In this document: piece after piece, positions 31,360 to 42,529 of the stretch
How the letters are laid out: each line of letters opens with the position of its first letter
Position numbering within the stretch: position 1 is the stretch's first letter
NCBI GenBank assembly: GCA_012295275.1
Contig: CM022677.1
Span: 11,966,001-12,030,000, forward strand
Direction of reading: 5' to 3'
DNA length: 64,000 nt
DNA from: Chrysomallon squamiferum
Taxonomy: Eukaryota > Animalia > Mollusca
The notes under the pieces: generated by a model
Seen by the model: only the letters and a program-made list of their open reading frames with translations
Told to the model about the DNA's origin: nothing
Database searches by the model: none
Translations under genes and position numbers: made by a program

Positions 31360-31670
31360 GTGTTACTAGAAAGATAAAGATAGATATTATTAAGATAGAT
31401 AGATTATTAGAAAGATAGATAGGAGGCATGAGAATATACCTGTACATCTGTGTGTGTGTGTGTGTGTGTGTGTATGACAGAAGAAAGATAGATAGATTAC
31501 TAGAAAGATAGATAGGAGGCATGAGAATATACCTGTACATCTGTGTGTGTGTGTGTGTGTGTGTGTGTGATTGGTGTGTGACAGAAGAAAGGTAGATAGA
31601 TTATTAGAAAGGTAGATAGATTACTAGAAAGATAGATAGGAGGCATGAGAATATACCTGTACATCTGTGA
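30800..31670 (+). repeat. Composite tandem repeat with (GT)n embedded in each unit
   Basis: About 6-7 copies of gacagaag.aaggtagatagatta.tagaaagatagataggaggcatgagaatatacctgtacatct(gt)n. Confidence 0.92.
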
Positions 31671-32414
31671 GAACGACTTACTCTGTTGCTTATGTATATA
31701 GCACAAATAGATAGATAAATAAAAATATTTATAGACAGATAACTAGATAGAAAGAGTGTTTTTAAATACTTTAAAAGGATGTAAATAGAGAGTGTGTATA
31801 CGTACCTGTGTGTGTGTGCGTGTGTTTGTGTGAGTGCAAGATAGATTGTGGCTATGTATAACTGAGAAGGTGCGATAGATTGATATAGAGATAGTTAGAT
31901 ATCGCTTCAGAGATTAATATATCAGGTAGACAATAATTAGGTAGATATTATAGATAGATATATACAGCCAACATAGATAAACTGATGTGTAGGTGTGGTT
32001 ATATGTGTTTGTGTGTTACAGAGAGAGAACAGGTATTGACCTCACTATGAAACAGAGAAGTATGCCATGTGTGTATGATTTTTCATGTATATTAATAAGA
32101 AAATCACTTGATTTCTTCATTAAAGTCTGTTTCTAATAAATATGTTAGAAAGAGGTGACAAGGTGCGAGATTAACCAGGTTGACCAATAAATAGACAGAT
32201 GGATAGACAAATAGTCAGAGAAATTGATGATGAAATAAAACAAATATATAGATAGACCGATAGATAGATAGAAACATGCAGGTAGGTAAGGATGGATGGA
32301 GTGTTAGATCGATGAAAGTTTTGGTGCAAAGAAGAATTGGGAAAGTAATAAATGGATAAAAAGACGGAATGATGGATTGAAAGGTTTTCAATTATATAAG
32401 CAATTACTTTTCAG

Positions 32415-32672
32415 ACATTATCAGATTGTAAAAATTAAGGTCCTCCTTGTAGGTCCATGGATTGAGTGATATATCAATGGAATTTGGCTTATAACATAAA
32501 CTGTGTGATGAAGAATATGTGGAGTTAGGAGGGAGGCATGACTGGAAGTACCAATACATTGTCAATGAGAGATTAGTGATTTCTGGCATTGTTTATAAAC
32601 AGAACATTCATCTGGAAATCTAGCCTGTGTTTGTCTACACTGAAAGCATAGTCTTCATCTGCTGATTAGAAG
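32415..32672 (+). pseudogene. Exon relic, product unidentified (paralog 40641-40883)
   Basis: Bounded by tacttttcAG and AAG|GTACGT; complex sequence among simple repeats; fragments KVLLVGPWIE* and DEEYVELGGRHDWKYQYIVNERL with stops and frameshifts in both copies. Confidence 0.5.
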
Positions 32673-33728
32673 GTACGTATGATAAGATAAGAAATGTTTA
32701 TAATATTTTCTGTTAAATCGCACATTAAACACAAAACCTATAATACATAATTACACTTAAACGACTGGTAAAATAAATAATCCATTTAATTAGAGTAATC
32801 TGGAGAGTGACAGAGAGAGTAAGAAAGCCAGAGTGAAATATTTATATGTCATAACTTATTCTTAAGTACATACACTTCTGTCTCTACTCTGTTGGCCTGT
32901 TTGTCTATCTGTATATAGAAAGGGCTTTCAACGTAATGGCACTGTATTCGAAATTAGAAAAAAGTAGCAATACGCTATATATAGATTGCTAAAATATACG
33001 GAGCGGCTAACAACATGAGATTTCTGTTTTCTGAGTATGAATAAAATTTGATATCATTTCTGAAATGAGTTTGACCACTTCAAAATAATAAATGAATAGT
33101 AGAAATCAAAATTTATAAACTATACTTAATTATGTAATAATGTAGATTTTAAAAACAAAATCTGTGCTCAACCTGATTGCATCAAAGAAAAAAATAACAC
33201 CATTTAATTTAGAAAAATATATATCGTACGTGGGTTCAATATATATATATATTTCTGAATTATTGTTACTGTTTTGTAAATATATGTTCATAAATCAACA
33301 TTGCGAGGAAAAAACTTCTTTAATTTGCTGTCACCACCACTGATCAAGACATAAATGACTGGCATGATTTTCATGTTTATGATGTTTCGTGTTTGAAACG
33401 TTTTGTCAACTTTTGTGTTCATCAGTTGTTTTTGCCATTTCAGGCTTTGAGCTGCTTTTCGCTTCCAGTCAGCTCCAGGTCGTGCTTTTCACGTGGCCCG
33501 CTACACACGGGAAGAGGGTGGAGCCCATGGACGTCGGTGTCCTTGCACTGGACGTGAACGATCGGGAGAACAAAGAAATCCACCTGTACAAGAAGAAAAG
33601 AAAAATGCTTATTTATTATATAATGTTATCTTTACTTAATTCGCAGTATGGCTGTGTCTAATATGAAAGTAGACAATATTTGCGAAAAATAATAATGTTT
33701 CAACATATTTTATTATGATACCTTATAC

Positions 33729-33887
33729 TCAGGTTGTATCCATGGGTTCCCCGAATGGGTCAACCTCCATTGGTTGAATGTCTCTGTCGTCGAATGGGTC
33801 AACCTTCATTGGTTGAATGTCTCTGTCGTCGAATGGGTCAACCTCCATTGGTTGAATGTCTCTGTCGTCGAAGGGGTCGACGTCCAT
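33729..33887 (-). CDS. Putative 52-aa acidic micropeptide with 13-aa repeats: MDVDPFDDRDIQPMEVDPFDDRDIQPMKVDPFDDRDIQPMEVDPFGEPMDTT
   Basis: GC-richer 39-bp x3 repeat in an open frame; strong acceptor tcttttattttcAG at 33907; candidate upstream exon ending AAG|GTTAC near 34260 and downstream exon after tcttcttgtacAG at 33584. Confidence 0.55.
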   Translation of the reverse strand: MDVDPFDDRDIQPMEVDPFDDRDIQPMKVDPFDDRDIQPMEVDPFGEPMDTT

Positions 33888-34329
33888 GGGCTCTTCAAAA
33901 CGGATTCTGAAAATAAAAGACGTGAAGAATTAATAAAATAATAGTTGTCAGATAATGAGATTTGTTTTACACTCCTTTATTCTTTTTTAAAAAAAAAACA
34001 TTCGAAACACTATCTGTAATTGATTGTTGATATTTTTATGCAAAAATAAAAAAAAAATTGACAAGGGTATATTAACAATATAAGAAACAGGAATCATAGC
34101 ATTAGAGGTTAGAAAGTAATTCATAGACACAGTTTTCAGTTATCACTGATTATCTAATCTAAAAATAATCTAGCACAACCTCACTGTGAATAAAACAATA
34201 TGTCCAGTTTGGACTTAAATATGTTAATAATATAAAAATTAAACCTACACAAATGTAACCTTCATCACTTGCAGATGCAATTCAATAAACAAAGTAAAAA
34301 GGAAGAAAGTAGAGTCAGAACTAACTCGA

Positions 34330-34460
34330 ATGCGCTAATCTTCAATATCGCCAACTGTATCTATGTAAACAAAACAGTGATGACGTCATAGACCCGAACG
34401 TAAAAACGAAGTTAGCCGAATATTAATTTTTATTTTCAACTCCGATCGATATAAAAATAA
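34330..34460 (-). promoter_or_regulatory. Candidate promoter of the sORF gene
   Basis: Perfect CRE palindrome TGACGTCA at 34381-34388 and DRE-like ATCGATA near 34445, CpG-containing, just upstream of the candidate first exon. Confidence 0.35.
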
Positions 34461-34734
34461 ATATTATATAACATCGAATGTACGCTTAGTATAAATTCTA
34501 ATTTGTAAGCACGAAATCTTCAGTGATTTAAATCTTATTATAATTTATTTTTAAATATTATAATATAGTTATATTTTTTTTATTTTCGAAGTAATTCGTG
34601 TTATTTTAGGTATGTCTACCGCAAAGATATGTCCTGCTATTCAAACCGAAACAAAACCTAGAACCGAGATGACCAATTATTTTAATAAATTAATCTAAAT
34701 TTCAGTGATTATATTTACTGATCACTATGTTCAC

Positions 34735-35000
34735 ATTCTTCACGTTTATGATGTTTCGTAAATAACATTGTGTTTTAATAATTATTATCAGCTTTATATT
34801 CATCGTGAGGGTTTTTTATCAGTTTGTGGTTTGAGCGGCTTTTCGCATCATGTCAACTGTCATGCCGTGCTTGTTGGACCACTACACACGGGAAGACGGT
34901 TTTGCCCATGGACACCCAAGGAGGTGACCCATCCGTAGGAAGAAAGAAATCTACATCTACAAGAAGAAAGACAATGTTTACTTACTTATAATAACACGCA
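34735..35000 (+). repeat. Diverged direct duplicate of 33368-33625 (putative 3' exon of the sORF gene)
   Basis: Shared ttcacgtttatgatgtttcgt, tttgagc.gcttttcgc, ctacacacgggaaga, gcccatggac, aaagaaatc.ac...tacaagaagaaa. Confidence 0.85.
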
Positions 35001-35009
35001 ACTTCAGTA

Positions 35010-35469
35010 CCGCCATCACTATTTATGTTACATGTTTTATGTTGTAAACAGAGGTGCAGCTCTAATATTATGCATTGAAAACAGAGTTTATTGAAAAATA
35101 CAAGTGTTATTTTTTAATTAATAAATTACATAATTTTATTTTGCATAATAAATAAATAAATAAATAATAAGCTTAATTTTTCATTAATTGGTATAACGTA
35201 CCTAACAAATCGAATAATGAATCAACCTTTAAAGATACCTATGAAAAAATTGAATGCCTTCCACATTATTATTATTATTATTATTATTATTTTATTTGAT
35301 AAGATAGAGGGGTTGCAATTTACAGGTGAGATGCTATATTAAAATGAACTAACTTCACCATATTATTGACTTTTACAAGAGTATCTTTCATAAATAATTG
35401 AAACTTTAATACAGATTCTTATTATTAAAAATAAAGTAAAACACAAATTGATTATCTTAGTTAAGAATA

Positions 35470-35500
<31 letters not shown>

Positions 35501-37568
35501 AGATCCTTCAGTATTTTCAGAATACACAGAATCTCTCCCAGTGAGATAAAATATCATCGCTGTTTTATTATAAATATTTTCTGCAGTGTTTATAACAAAT
35601 TTACTGAAGTTATAATTACAGCTACACCTGCACTTATCTCTACAGTCCGAGAGGTAGGTAGGTAGGTGGATAGACAGACAGACAGACATAGACATAGACA
35701 GTAACACAGACAGACATATAGATAGATAGATGGATAGACAGACAGACAGAGAGATTAAAATGACCAATAAAAGAAAATATGTTAAAAGCGAGGTTAATAT
35801 GATATTATATTATAGCGCATATACAAACATCTTCTTACAAGTTCATTTGCTATGAAATGTAAACTGTCTACCTATATCTATATCCATCCCTAGCTATCTT
35901 CAGTGTATCTATCTACCTATTATTTAACTACATACATATCTAAGGCAAACACGTGTAACCAGATACTTTCTTTTCTATATGCGCGTGTCTGTATATCTAT
36001 CTATCTATTGATAAGTGTTTCTTTTTTTAGTAATAATATCTCAAATAACGATATCAACCATAAAAATAACAACAATAACTACAATAATACTAATTAAAAT
36101 GATAAATAAAATAATAATTAAGAAAGAATGCTTAAACAAGAGAAAAAGAATATAAGAAAGAAAACAAGAGAAAAAGAGGCATATATTCATTATAATGAAA
36201 CAGTTATATTAAACAGAAATAAAATATAATATATAGGTTTAAATAAAATCATTTTAGTGAATTCAGTAAATTGAGTGAATGATCTATATTCAGAAGACTT
36301 ATGATGTCACTAATAATCTTTCGTCGCTTCATTTATTTATACGATTTATTTTTATGTGATTTCTTTTTGTTATTTTGTTCTTTTTTAATATTTTACTTGA
36401 TACTCAGTCTTTTTGTATATTTTTTTTGTTAAATTAGTTATTTCCCGTAGACCACAAATTTTTGAAATATAAAAAATATGCGATGCGACGGTAAATTAGA
36501 TTTGCTGCTTTTAGTTGAAAATAACTAATTGTGTATAATGTTTTGTAACAGACAGCACCAGCTTAATAACATTCCTTGCGTTTTCTTTGTCTTTTAAATA
36601 ACCAGTTTCCTATAGTTTTTGTTTATTTAATGTGTTATTATTAGTTATTGAATTATTGTAAAATGCTTATTATATTTAATGTTTTTATTCGAGTTAATTT
36701 ATTTCTTTTCGATTTGTCTCTATAAAAACAATGAATTTATTTACAAATTATTTGTATATGAAATTTTTGGTATATTTGCGCATATACAATACATCATATT
36801 TAGGACAATATTTGAAAGCTATTTAATAATAATAAAACTTCAAAAAATTAAAAAAGCAAAACTAGACCGTGAAATACTTCTTTTCTGTTTATTGAACAAA
36901 GCTAAACCTGAATCTTCGTTTCTGTTGGGGAACATTGCCAACTGGAAAAGTTAATACAGTAATCTTATAACAAATTATAATTTCAGTTTATTATGCACGC
37001 ATTTGCATAAAAAGAATCCAGTTTGAAAAGTTTGATTAAGTTGAAAAAATAGTTAGGAAAGGTGCAGGAGATCATGGTTTGGTAATCATCAGCGCAAATC
37101 TAATTTACAAATCATAAAAAGTTAAGAAAATAGACGTAAAATAGTTGAAATTGGAAATTCAAAAACCCGGATTAGACGGTTTCCGAGCGCTCACGGAAAC
37201 TTCCGATCGAAATCCAAAATGGCAGCGTCGAACGCCGCTCAGTGTTTATAAACTTTTAAACATCCAATCAAGTCTATATGGATTATTAAAAGTAATTTCA
37301 GAAAATACATCATATAACTAATGCCGTTTATTTATTTATTTTTTTTTTTTTTTCTTTGTCACTTTGACGTCATATGCCCATATTATTTAGCAGTAATTTC
37401 GATGTCGCCATCCAAAAAAAAAAAAAAACCAATTTTTAATTTAATAATTATTTTGAGGCTTGGGGGAATATTCTCGTTTCACTTTTTGACGTCATACTAT
37501 CTCGTACCCATTTCGTACTAGATTTTTATTTACCAGATATTATTTCGATGTCGCCAGCCAGAAATAAA

Positions 37569-37600
<32 letters not shown>

Positions 37601-39540
37601 TAATTTTCACTGACGCTGGTGGATGAATATTCTCATTAGACACATAATGTGAACACTTACTCTGCTAAAACTCCACAGCGGACAGTGCTGAGTACGTACT
37701 TGTAAAACAATACTTGAAACCATTATATTTTTATTTTAATATTATTTTCATTTTCAATACATTACAGGTGGTATTTACGTGGAAAAAGGAAACTGATCGC
37801 GTGTTATACAGAAAGAAACAGGGAGATATTGATAGACTGATAGACAGATCAGTAGAAGTTAAATGAATTGATAGATGTAGATGAATTTAGGTAGACAGGT
37901 GAACATGACAATGTCGATTTATCTATTCTGTGTTTTCTTCTTTCTGTCATGTGTGTTTGTGTGCCAGGCTGAGAGTGTAGACATACAGATGTATACATAA
38001 ATCATACAGGTTGTAATGCAGGCATAGTTAGTTATGTATGTAGGTAGTTTGACAGGGAATTAGATATATAATTAATGGATGGTTATTGATCTGATGTAAT
38101 GTGGATAATAAACAAATAGGTATGTAGGTCAGTAGTTCAGTAGGTTGATATGTAGATATATGTAGATAGTTATGTAGCAGAGAGACAGATAGGCAAGCAT
38201 GGATGGTAATGTGGAAGACTGAATGTATATGCAGGTGTAGGTATGCATAAGTTGGATCAGAGAATAGTATATACATGTGTATGGGAAGGAAGACTTGCTT
38301 GTGTTTTTTGAAGAGTGTGAATATACTGAGTATATATGTGTGCAAACATACAGAAAACTAGGGAGATCTGTAGGTGGATACATAGGAGATGTAGACAAGG
38401 AGATGTTTAAATGACTGTTATTGATTGTTATTGATTTCAATGGATGGACAAGATAAATCACATTAGAGAGATTATATAACTTTTAGGTAGATTGATTATT
38501 TTGATAAACTGAGAAAATGTGTAGATAGACATATATAACTGTTAGGTAGATTGATTATGTTGATAAACTGAGAAAATGTATAGACAGACATACATATAGA
38601 GATGTATGTAGATAGGTGATATCCACCTATATATGCATAGGAAAACGAATGTGTGTGTGTGCGTGTGTGCGTGCGTTTGTGAGTGTGTGCCAGTGATAAG
38701 GATGGCTAAATATGGGAATTGTAAATGGACAGTATCACAGAAAGATAGATATAGAAAGTAGTTATAATTATTTAGGGAGTCAGGAAGATGAATAGGTGAT
38801 TCATGGATGGTTATGGATGGAATGTAATGTAGATGGATTCAGAAATATATATATATATGTGGAGGATAGACAGAGATATATATAGATAGCTAAACAGATA
38901 GGCAGGCCAGTAGGTTGAATAGATAGACAGAAAGATAGATAGAAGGATAAGTGTCAAGCAAGATAAGTTATATAATGGTAAAGTGGATGGCAGTAGATTT
39001 GAGGATGTATATGTGTAAGAAAATGATTATGTTAGAAATAGCGTTAAGAGAGAGGATATATTTGATAGATAAACACACACACAGACAAACAGAGGAGTGC
39101 ATCTGTGTTTGGATTGAGTTAGTGATGAACTGATAGATTATAAGTAGCTATACGAGATAAATACTGATAGATTATACAGACAGATATAAATAAATACAGA
39201 TAGGTTATTTAGATAAATATACAGAGGTCATTTAGATAAATATACAGGTAAATAGATATTATACAGATATATTATACAGACAGATATACAGCAAGATAGC
39301 GAGCTGTGAAGTAATATATAGTTAGATATTCAGGGAGCTGGACATATGTTTGAAAAATTGTTATTAAAAAATAGGCATATAAGCTAGAGAGATAATGTAA
39401 TAGTAGGTATGTTACTAGTTTGGTAGATTGATATTTAGACAGACTGATAGATGTATAGATATGTGTGTTAAGGAATGGGTTTGTGTGTGTGTGTGTGTGA
39501 TGTGTGTGTGTGTGTGTGTGTGTGTATGCAAACACATGCA

Positions 39541-39579
<39 letters not shown>

Positions 39580-39880
39580 CACGTGTGTGTGTGTGTGTGA
39601 TACTTGATTGTATAATGTGCAAAAAAGGGTGGACAGATGGTAGATGATAACAGACAGGTAAATTGATAGACAGAAGAAAGCTAGATAGATTACTAGAACG
39701 ATAGATAGATGAAAGGAGACATGAGTTTATACCCATACAACTGTAGGAAAGACTGAGTCTGTTGCTTATGTCTATGGGATAAATACATAGATAAATAAAT
39801 ATATTTATAGATAGATAAATAGATAGAAAGAGTGTATTTAAACAATTAAAAAGGATGTAAATAGAGAGTGTGTATATGTA

Positions 39881-39911
<31 letters not shown>

Positions 39912-40206
39912 TTGTATGTGTGCACGAAAGACTGTGCTATGTGTAACTGAGAAAGTGAGATAGATTGATATAGAGATAGTTAGACATATTGATCACTTGA
40001 GAGATAGATTGATAGGTTAGGTAGGCAATAATTAGGTACATATATAGATAGATATACACAGATAACATAGATACATTGATGTGTATCTGTATGTTTTACA
40101 GAGAACGGGTATATAAATTTGTATGAAAAAAAAAGTGTATGTACTTAAGAATAAGTTATGACATATAAATATTTCCCTCTGGCTTTCTTACTCTCTCTGT
40201 CACTCT

Positions 40207-40242
<36 letters not shown>

Positions 40243-40254
40243 TTAAGTACATAC

Positions 40255-40336
<82 letters not shown>

Positions 40337-41180
40337 TAGATACATTGATAGATAGATAGATAGATAGATAGATAGAGAAAGCGGTGAGCAGGTGCGACCA
40401 ACAAACAGACAGATAGATAGACAAATAGTCAGAGAAATTGATGATGAAATAAAACAAATATATAGACAGACAGATAGATAGATAGATAGACACATGCAGG
40501 TAAGTAAGGATGGATGGAGTGTTAGATGGTGGGATGGATGAAAGTTTTGGTGCAATGAAGAACTGGGAATGTAATAAATGGATAAAAGGATGGAATGGTG
40601 GACAGAAAGGTTTTCAATTATTAAAGCAATTACTTTTCAGACATTATCACATTCTTAACAAATAAGGTCATCATTGTAGGCCCATGGATTGAGGGATATA
40701 TTGATGGAAGTCGTCTTAATCTATAAACTGTATGACAAATATATGGAGTTAGGAGGGAGGCATGACTGGAGGTACCAATAAATTGTTAATGAGAGACTAG
40801 AGATTTCTGAAGAGAACATTAATCTGGAAATTTAGTCTCTGTTTGTCTACACTGAAAGCATAGTCGTCATCTATTGATACGAAGTAAATATGATAAGATA
40901 CAAAGATGTCTGCAACAGTTTGTGTTAAAGAGCACATTAATCACAGAACCTGTAATGTGGTAATATCTGGTAAACTGAAATAATCCATCTAATTAGAGTA
41001 ATCTGGGGAGTGACACAGAGAGTAAGAAAGCCAGAGTGAAATATTTATATGTCATAACTTATTCTTAAGTACATACACTTCTGTCTCTACTCTGTTGGTC
41101 TGTCCGTCTGACTGTATATAGAAAGGGCTTTCAAAACAATATCACTGTATTCAAAATTAGAAAAAGTAGCAATACCCTAT
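35010..41180 (+). repeat. Segmental duplication copy B
   Basis: See copy A; B carries about 1.8 kb of extra TAGA-rich sequence (37620-39400) absent from A. Confidence 0.92.
37165..37240 (+). promoter_or_regulatory. Promoter-like CpG patch (paralog 30260-30300)
   Basis: CGGAAACTTCCG (opposed ETS-like half sites) followed by YY1-like CAAAATGGCAGC; copy A has CAAGATGGTAAC. Confidence 0.35.
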
Positions 41181-41319
41181 GTAGGTAAATCTATTTATCA
41201 TAACAATCTGTCTATGTATCTAACCAATTAAATGTTATTATATTAATGTACTAATTAGCCATTCCCTTTGGAAATGTTGCCACCCCTACACCACGGTGAG
41301 GTTCAGTACACGTAGGGGA

Positions 41320-42235
41320 TGTTAGTAATGGTTAGTATTTGTTAAATGTTAGTATTTGGTTAATGGTTAGTGTTTTGTTAATAGTTACTATTTGTTAAAT
41401 GTTAGTATTTGCTTAATGGTTAGTATTTGTTAAAAATTAGTATTTGGTTAATGGTTAGTATTTGTTAAATGTTAGTATTTGTTAAATATTAGTATTTTGT
41501 TAATGGTTAGTATTTGTTAAATGTTAGTATTTGCTTAATGGTTAGTATTTGTTAAAAATTAGTATTTGGTTAATTGTTAATATTTTCTTAATATTTTGTA
41601 AATGTTAGTATTTGTTAAATGTTAATAGTATTTTGTTAATGGTTAGTATTTGTTAAATGTTAGTATTTGTTAAATGGTTAGTATTTGTTTAATGTTTTTG
41701 TATTTGGTTAATGGTTAGTATTTTGTTAAATGTTAGTATTTGTTTAATGGTTATTATTTTGGTTAATGGTTAGTATTTGTTAAATGTTAGTATTTGTTAA
41801 ATATTAGTATTTTGTTTAATATTAGTATTTTGTTAATGGTTTAAATTTGTTAAATGTTAGTATTTGGTTAATGGTTAGAATTTGTTTTAAATGTAAAATA
41901 ATATGTGTCTGTGTGTGTTGTTAAATGTGTGTGTGTGTTTGGTTGTGTGTGTGTTTGTGTTTATACACGTATTCAGATAAGTATGTGGTAATTATTAGTA
42001 ATTGTAACTAATTGGTTAAGGTTAGTATTTGTTAAATGTTAGTATGTTTCTGTGTGTGAGTGTATATATGTTTGTATATATGTTAGTGTAGGTCTGTGTG
42101 TGTTCTGTCTGTATGGATATTCGTATGTGTCTGTATGGATGTATGTGTGTGTCTCTATATAAAGTTTACTACCTGGTTAATGGTTAGTATTCATGTTAAT
42201 TGTTAGTATTTTGGTTGCATGTTAGTACTTATTAA
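41320..42235. repeat. 17-18 bp minisatellite GTTAGTATTTGTTAAAT / GTTAGTATTTGGTTAATG, almost C-free on +
   Basis: About 30 tandem units at 41320-41890, then GT-rich decay with further units to 42230. Confidence 0.92.
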
Positions 42236-42529
42236 TTAAAAAACAATACAAACCTGAGCCCACCTCTCAAGGGTTATAGAGCTGCAAGGAGCATAACCAG
42301 CTTCACGTCAACATCATCAACACAATCTCCTATAGCACTGATATGCTGGGGCAAAAGGGACAGAATGTTATTATCACTGCAGATATTACCAACTTCAAAT
42401 AAACATTTTACAAATAAATGTCTGTATCTATTACTGTTACTATCATCATCATAAAATAAAAAAATGACAGAAGGATGCCTGCTGAAGTTAAAGCAATACA
42501 CCTAGAGTAACGTTGTAAGGTTTCTAATA

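Larger units (their letters stand above)
27057..32980 (+). repeat. Segmental duplication copy A (paralog 35010-41180)
   Basis: Colinear anchors: 27057/35010 ccgccatcactatttatgttacatgttttatg; 28700/35500 agatccttcagtatttt; 29908/36488 acggtaaattagatttgctgctttt; 30261/37193 acggaaacttccgatcgaaatcca; 32215/40428 cagagaaattgatgatgaaataaaac; 32950/41155 aattagaaaaagtagcaatac. Confidence 0.92.

Noticed and set aside
30800-31670. CRISPR-like repeat/spacer appearance
   Set aside because: The apparent spacers are only variable-length (GT)n; there are no unique spacers or cas genes, and the context is eukaryotic.
33389-33661. 90-aa plus-strand ORF containing VEPMDVG
   Set aside because: GTG start, frame not evidently kept in the paralog at 34735-35000, and splice signals are on the minus strand; better explained as the inverted copy of the sORF.
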